Positions 54,817 to 64,000 of a stretch of 64,000 nt of DNA are shown here, one piece after another; the first letter of the stretch is position 1; every line of letters starts with the position of its first letter. The position numbers were made by a program, and so were the translations under genes. This DNA comes from Peribolospora baueri (taxonomy: Eukaryota): positions 62,001 through 126,000 of the forward strand of contig JAMDHS010000026.1 of NCBI GenBank assembly GCA_029717555.1, written 5' to 3'. The notes below the pieces were generated by a model. That model saw only the letters and a list, made by a program, of their open reading frames with translations. It was not told the origin of the DNA and did no database searches.

Positions 54817-55141
54817 ACCACTCTAACTGCAGCGTTCGCCTCCTCTCCGGAAGCCGACTTCGTTGCCGAGCGGGAGGAGCTTACAGATGAGATCCTCAAA
54901 TCCCTAGGGTTGAGATACTTGACCCCGGAGGAAGTGCTTCGATTGATGGGCTTTCTGACGCTGGGAGGGGAAACCGAGCCTGTCTGTCAGGTCGGCGGGA
55001 AGAGGAGGGTGTGGAGATGGCCAGAAGGGATGAGGCGTTAGGACAAAGTACAAGCTCGTCGGGAACAGCGTCAACGTCGAGGTCGTGAGCGAGGTCATCA
55101 AGGTGCTTTTGGGCGATCGGATGTGGTGGGACGCAATATGA
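54817..55141 (+). pseudogene. DNMT2: 5'-truncated, frameshifted relic of a DNMT2 (TRDMT1/Pmt1)-type C5 methyltransferase, motifs IX-X only
   Basis: Frame from 54817 reads ..EILKSLGLRYLTPEEVLRLMGF..WRWPEGM. After one extra base near 55034-55035 the next frame reads VRTKYKLVGNSVNVEVVSEVIKVLLGDRMWWDAI* (TGA 55139-55141). In-frame stops at 54814-54816 and 55039-55041; motifs I/IV/VI are not found upstream. Confidence 0.75.
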
Positions 55142-55456
55142 TCAATCATCTGAAGCCGATGTGCTCGGAGAGCGAGCATAAATCCACCCAGCTGATGCGT
55201 CACATGAACATCGTGTTTGCCTTCGTCCTGATACGACAAGTACATAGGTCGACTAGTACAAAGCGTAGATAGGTTGAACAGAAAGACCTAACCCGTCCGG
55301 ACTTGTGCTATCCTCGGAAACAGCTCCCAGTGGGCGAGGGCGGTCGGGTGACAAGATTGTCCAAGCTCCGAAGGGGGGGGGGGGACACGCATAGAACGAG
55401 GAGGGCTCCTTAAAGACAGCATAAAATAGGGCAGTATAGAGGCTGCATGGCATGGA

Positions 55457-57005
55457 TCAGGAGATGATTCGAAGCTGATGGAACTTTGGTATCGTCTATG
55501 AGAACATGCGAAGACCATCCCAAGTTGGATTGGAAGGAATTGTCAACGACGATGCGGGAGCGACGGAAAGGAGAGTATGAAAAAAGCCGAGAGAGGAAGG
55601 CACGGGGGCTCACCTCTCGTAAGTATTCGAGGTGCTTGGCATGTAAAGCCCTAGCTTGGCCCTGTCCTTCGCCGCTCCACGTTCTCCTCGTGCCCTCGGC
55701 GCCAAAGACGACGGTGCGGTCTGGGAGAAATTCTTCTTCGTATCGGTGCTGCGACGATCCTGTCGTGTTCGCGTGTGAGGGGGGAGAGGAAGTGGACGAG
55801 GAGGGTGGTGCGGAAGGTCGAGAAGGCGGTGGTGGGGTGGAAGGTGGAGGAGAGGCCATCTCTGCGTCCTGGTCGTCCTGAGTTGGCAAGCCGGCGCCGG
55901 CCTCTTCGTTGCCCCCACGGCTCCCCACATCCTCCGCCTCCGTCTTTGCCCCTCCCCCTCCCTCAGGCGCACCCGCCTGCCCGTCAGGCAAAGCCGACGC
56001 GGGACCAGCGGGCCAAAACGGGTCGGGAAGGACGACACAGCCGGCGCCGATGACGCAACGGTTTCCAATGCGAATGGTGTGAGGAACACGGGAGCGGGCT
56101 TCGAAGACGTTCAGAGAGCCTACTGAGGGCGCTTCTACTCCTGTACTTGGGCGGAGCGTTCGACGCAGTAGATGGAGAAGAAGGAATCGGAGAAGGAGAG
56201 CAAAAGCGAAGGAGACGGGGAGGTCAGATGAACCGATCGTGTGGCCGGCCGGCGTGAAAGAGGGGCAAGAAGGCAAACGCACGACAGCCGACCTCGAAGA
56301 TGTTCTCGTCTCCAATCTTCATCAAGTCCTTTCGTCTGTTTCGTCCGCGCGCGGGGGCAAGAGGGGTCGTGAGCGTACGAGTTCGCCAGAGCACCTCCCC
56401 CTCCCCGATCGTCCACGAGGCCACATGCGCCAAGAAGGACGGTCTGGCTTACCGGTTGATGATGACGGCCGTCTCCTCGACAATGCAGTTGGAGCCGATG
56501 GAGATGGGACCTGCGAGGGCCATGACCGTCGCTCGCGGGTGGAGGACGGTGCCTTTGAGCAGAAGAAGGAAAACGGGGAGGGGTTGGTGGCACGAGCAAG
56601 AGAGACATCAGACTAGCGGTCTCCCTCCCCTTTCTTCGACCACTCACCGCTGCCTATGGAGATATCTCCTCTGAGGGAGTTGAACCGGTACCGAGCGCGC
56701 GTTCGAAGAAGAACAAAGGCATCCGAAGCAGGTCAGCGAGGCTGTCTGTCCATGGATCACCACGGCTTGCCAGTAGACGTACGATATCGGCAGCGGGCGT
56801 AGCGTACCTGAGGTCGGCATCATGAGCGATGATGACCTTGGAGCCGATGACGACCTTGTCCTTGCTGGCGAGCGGGAGGAGCGGGAGAAGGAGGTGATGA
56901 GCGATGTGTCGAAGAGAGGTGCCTGAGAGAGGATGGACATGGACGGGGGCAGGAAGGTGTGTGTGCCCCTGCCTGCCTGTCCTCTGTCGCTCACAGCGGT
57001 GCCAT
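55457..57005 (-). CDS. DCTN6: Dynactin subunit p27 (DCTN6), left-handed beta-helix protein
   Basis: Spliced MAPL|KDKVVIGSKVIIAHDADLRGDISIGSGTVLHPRATVMALAGPISIGSNCIVEETAVIIN..IGDENIFEVGC..HLEYLRETIPKFH. The 11-nt first coding exon starts at 57005; stop at 55457-55459. Confidence 0.85.
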
Positions 57006-57960
57006 GGTCAGTGCGGTCTGGAGGAGCTTGACGTGGGGTTGCGTGCCAGCGGGAGCGGTCGGCCAAGCAAGCAAGCCAGGCGAGGGACCGAAGCGTCGGC
57101 GACGGGGGCGACGATCACGAACGACGGCTGTCGAACAGAACAGAACACGCTACGCTTCTCTCACGGCTTCTTGCAGCGCGATCCGGAGCAGGAGTGGGAA
57201 CGGTGAGATATGCAGTTGGTTGTTGTCCGATTAGGAGAGAAGAGTAACGCCGTTATCAGACGGCTCTGTGCCGACGACGACGGATGCGGGCGCAAGAAAT
57301 GAAGAGCATTCCCGCTTCTGCATTTGAACGCCATTAAGGAGGCGGCACTTTTTTCTAATGCTTTCTTCTAATGTCTTGTGTCTCGTTCTTTCGTCAGCTC
57401 ATCAGCTCGCTGACGCCGCCGCCGACGCCGCTACCGCCCGGAGCCACGGCGGGTTGGGCAGAGAGAGGAGGAGCGTGGACGACGGCGGGAGGAGAAGCGA
57501 GATCGAGAGAGCGACAGAGACGGAGACGGTTAGCAGACGGTTAGCAGACGGAGACGGAGACAAGGACACACGGACACAGACACACAGACGCAGACCCAGA
57601 CACAGACACACGCACAGAGAGTGAGACTTGGAGACCCGACCCATCTTTCCTTTGTTCCTCCATCCCTTTCCACTCTCACCACCTCACCACCTCCATCTCA
57701 TCGCGTACGACTCCTTGCCCTGCTCACTAACCCCTCCCCCACCGCCCACTGCCATCCCCCACCCCCTTGTTCGCCCTCGCCCTTTAGTCGCTCGCCTCCC
57801 CGCAGTCGGCCGTCGGTCACCACCCTAGCCGCACCCGCACCCACCAACCGTTCCCTCCCCACCTCCCAGCCAAGCCTTCCTTCTCCCCTCGGCCACCCCG
57901 TCTCCTCATTTCATCACCTCCTCTTCCTTCCCCCTCCCCTCCTTCATCCACCCCTCCGCC

Positions 57961-60103
<2,143 letters not shown>

Positions 60104-61479
60104 TCGCTTCGCTTCTCTCTCACATCTGTCTCCCCGTCGTCGAACCGTGGGTCGCGTGTTGCCCTGCTGGCGTGGCATATTGTGACGAGGATCTCGTTTC
60201 GTGTCTCCGCCGCCGTTCGCCCTCCTTTCCCTTTTCCTTCGCCTTTTTTTCGCCTCCCCTTTCTTCCCCTCCCCCATCGCGTCCGTCTCGTCGCGTCTTG
60301 GCTAGAAGTTTCGGAAGCAAGTGCATCCATCCGGACCCCCCCATACCTTTCGGTCTTCTCTTCCGTCTGTCACCTCCCTCAGCTATCCCTAAGTCTGGCC
60401 TCACGCCCCGCTCTGTCATCCGTCGCTGCCTGGGATGTTCCGTTTCCTTTCCTTGATCGCCCTCCTCTCTCTCTTTCCTAATGCTCGAATGATTCGATTC
60501 GATTCGATTCGATTCGCTTGCTGGCCGAACTGGTTGGGATGGGAGCTCCTCTTGAGATTGATGAATCTATCGTAACCCTCGGACGCAATTTTATGGCGAC
60601 GACGAACGAACGAACGAACGATGACGCAAGCCTTGGATCGATCACCCGCGTTCGTTCGTTCGTTCGTTCGTTCATGCCGCGGCGGCTGCGCAGTGCGAAG
60701 GGATGAAGGGATGAACGGAAGAAGTGCCACCGGTCCGTCCGTTCTCAGGTCGCTAATAAAACGGCGGCTGCTGCGACCTACTATTGTCGAGCACCACTGA
60801 CAGACGCTTACGACGGCACGATCTGGACGCCGTCTCCGTTCGCCCCCACGGTGTTTGCCACAAGTAGTTGCTTGATGACAAACCCCTCCCCTCGCCCGCT
60901 CGCTCGGCCGCGGCGTCGGACCCGTAGTCGCGAGCCGTCGGCGTCCTACGCATTCTCGGACCGCATACGCCTCCGCCCCGCCCCGCCCGTTTTCATTTTC
61001 ACTAAAATTTCTTCACCGGACCGGAGTCGAGTCGCAGTCGCAGTCGAAGTTCTTCTCAAAACAAACGCCATTCATCATCTTCCGTTGTCTTCTCTTCCGT
61101 CTCCTCCTCTCTTCATTTCCTCTTTTCTTCCCGGCCGTCGTGCTGCTTGACCACGTATTCACGCCTCGTCGCCCCCATACCCTCAGGACTGACCCTCATC
61201 AGCTCAGCTCACCCTCGTCCACCGTAGACAACACCTCCAGACTCGCCCACTTCGCATTCTCACCAGCCGACTCGTTTCTCCTACTTGACCTTTAATACCA
61301 CCCCGCCTCGGCTCTTTCCGCTCCTTGATAAGCCCTCCTTCCTTCGACTTTCTCGTCGTCGTATCCACTCCCTCAGCACTTTCACACTCGTTCCCCCACC
61401 TCACCCTTTTTCCAAGCCCACTCGCCCCCACCCCTCCCCCCCACTCGCCCCCACCCACCCCCACCACCCCCACCGCTCC

Positions 61480-62789
61480 ATGTCCGCCATCCAGAAATTC
61501 CTCGCCGCCACCTCGGCAACGTTGCCCCGACAGTGCGCCACGGCAGCCGTACTCTTCGCCTCCGGGGACATCATCGCTCAGCAGGTGATCGAGAAGAGGG
61601 GCCTCGCCGGACATGACGTGCTCAGGACGGGCAGGATCGTCGCTTATGGAGGTGGCATCTTTGCCCCTCTCATGAGCCAGTGGTTCAAGGTGCGTCCTGT
61701 GCTCTGCTCTGCGTTGTGTGGCCACGTCGCGCCGTGCGCTGCCGTTCTTCCGTCGACTCATCCCCACCCTCCCAACCACCTGGCTCTCTCTCCTTCCCCA
61801 ATCCAGGTGCTCAACAAGATTGAATACAAATCCAAGATCACCACCGTGGCCGCTCGAGTGAGCCCCTCCCGCCTCGGTTCGATGTGTGTTCTTCACGCTT
61901 GGCTGACCGCTCGTCTTCTCTCCTGTTGCAGGTCGGCATCGACCAGACGATCGCCGCGCCCAACCTCACGGCGCTATTTTTCTCTGTCATGACCTTGCTC
62001 GAGGGCAAGTCCTTCTCAGACATTAACGAAAAGCTCCAGACGGTGAGTTCCTTCGCTCGTCGCTCGTCGCGCCTCCCTGGCTCCCGCGGAAAAGGTGTTT
62101 CGAAAAGAGGCTGACAGACTGACCTGTCTCCATCTCGCTCCTTCCCGTCCTCTCGCCCACCCTCGTAGTCTTGGTGGCCGACTTTGACGACCGGATGGAC
62201 CGTTTTCATTCCCGTCCAAGCCGTCAACATGGCCGTGAGAACCGTCTCCATCTAGCTGCAGCTCTTCCGTCCTCTTTCTCGTTCCCCTTTTCATTCTTTT
62301 CTTCTCCGTTCCCCCTCCCTGCTCTAGTTCGTCCCTCCCCAAAACCGCTTGCTATTCATCAACGCGGTGAGTCCTCGTCCCCTGCAACCCGCTCCCGTTG
62401 GAAAGGATCGCTCACTCCTTCGTTTCGTTATCGCCCACTCCCTCGTTTCGTTATCGCCTTTGCGCGCCGCCCAGGTGAACTTGTGCTGGAACACTTAGTG
62501 AGTATTTGCCCATGGCGCCCATAGGGGGAGTCCGGGATCGCAGGAAGCCGTCGAGCTCACTTTCGTCCCACCCTTCGCGCCGCGCCGGACAGCCTCTCGT
62601 ACGTGGCCAACGCGGGCATGGACAAGGAGGTGTACGCAGAGACGAGGATGACGGACGCCCATGCTACTCCCGAAGTGAGTTATCCGCCCGTGCCCCGGCC
62701 GGCCGTGGCTGTCCGCCGTTCCTCCCTTCTCTGGCCACTAACCACCGCTTCCCGATCCCATCTTCCTACCGTGCCGCACGCAGGCTTGA
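61480..62789 (+). CDS. Mpv17/PMP22 family membrane protein (Sym1-like), multi-exon
   Basis: [63 protein letters not shown]. The last exon (GCT TGA, 62784-62789) is inferred. Confidence 0.88.
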
Positions 62790-63741
62790 TTTCCCACGTC
62801 CCATCTCCATCCTCGCACCTTTGCGATTCACCGCTCGAGCCATCCATGACGAACCCCTTACACCCGATATACCTTTACTTTACCCCGCATAGACGCATGG
62901 ACGCGTGCGCACGCATTGACGCGGATGGAGTTGAGGACAGGACAGCGTCGCACGGCTGCGCCATGTTGGAGAGGCAATAGAACAGCGGGTTTGGAGTGCG
63001 ACGGAGATGATTCGCGTGCCAGAAGAAAAAAAAAAAAAGAAGACAGGGACAAGACTGACTGACTGACTGACTGACTGACAATCGTCTCCGCCGACGACGT
63101 TTGCCGCGTTAACCGCCATCCGTTCGTCGCTTTCTAATGCTGTCTGTCCAGCGGATAGATAGCGCCGTCGCGGCGGATCGCTGGCTCGCGTTCTGCCTTC
63201 GTTCGCTTTTGGTCATCATTGGCCGGGGACGTGGACATGCTGCTTGCTCTACTGTAGAGATGATAGGGTTCCCCAGTGTGCCCGCTCGGCCGTGTTCCGC
63301 TTCCGCTCCCTTTTCCCTTCTGTCCCGCGGCTCCCTCCCGTTGCTCTCGTCGTCATCGCGCCGCTTTCACCATCGGCAAGAAGACGAAAGCATTCGGTTC
63401 ATTCGTCTACATTCTCATCGTATCGTCCCGGGACGCTCTTTCGCTCGCTCGCGCGCTCGTCGTCGCGCGCTGACCTAGCCGCCCCCGGGGAGGAAGGGGA
63501 AGAGGGGCTCCTCACTCGGTGTCGCCTGACTGACTGAACGCAGAGACGACGGGAGCGTCGCACGACTACCCGGAAGAAGCGCGGTGCTGTGGGGTAAGCG
63601 CAAGCTAGGTGTGTGTGAGCTCCTCGCCCTTCCCATTGACGTTGGGCGGCTGCGCAAGGCTCTCGACACTCATCGTCGACGGCCGCCGCCATCTCGACGA
63701 GTGGAAGAGGTGGACCCCGTCGAGCTCCATCGACTCCTCCG

Positions 63742-63772
<31 letters not shown>

Positions 63773-64000
63773 GCTTCCTTCTTTCCACCTCGTAAGTACG
63801 CCTCTCGCTTCGAGCCGGACGTCGACGTCGACGTCGTTCTGTCAGCGTTGGACCGAGTGAGTCGGACTGGTCTGTCAGACAGGGCTACTCTCGGTCCATC
63901 CACCCATCCATCCATCCATCCGTCCGTCCATCTATCTATCGCCTTCGTTCTCCGTGTAAGACGACTGAGTGGGCGGTCGGTCGGGAGGAAACAAACAAGG

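Overview
This is a gene-dense, intron-rich, GC-rich fungal chromosome segment. It is most likely basidiomycete, judging from GTGAGT/GTGCGT donors, CTGAC/CTAAC branch sites, many microexons and the gene content. Splicing exons by eye gives about 19 protein-coding genes: a long coiled-coil protein (5' end outside the window), SGF29, a UBA/C2H2/UBX protein, GFA1, RRP12, an MFS hexose transporter, RPL12, RAD52, a Het-C protein, a glutathione-independent formaldehyde dehydrogenase-like MDR enzyme, an EH-like/NPF-rich protein, a Trp-heptad orphan ORF, CHL1/DDX11, an ELO elongase, RLI1/ABCE1, DHH1, dynactin p27, a Fus3/Kss1-type MAPK and an Mpv17/SYM1-like protein. The most notable item is absent from the ORF track: a 5'-truncated, frameshifted relic of a DNMT2-type C5 methyltransferase (motifs IX-X) between DHH1 and DCTN6. 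Other items worth checking are the Trp-heptad orphan, a GC-AG splice donor buried in a hairpin in the sugar transporter, GFA1 with both ATG and TGA on their own exons, and recurring CACGTGA / AACCCTAA promoter motifs. I saw no transposon, CRISPR array, rRNA or tRNA. All family calls come from recognising motifs; no database search was run.
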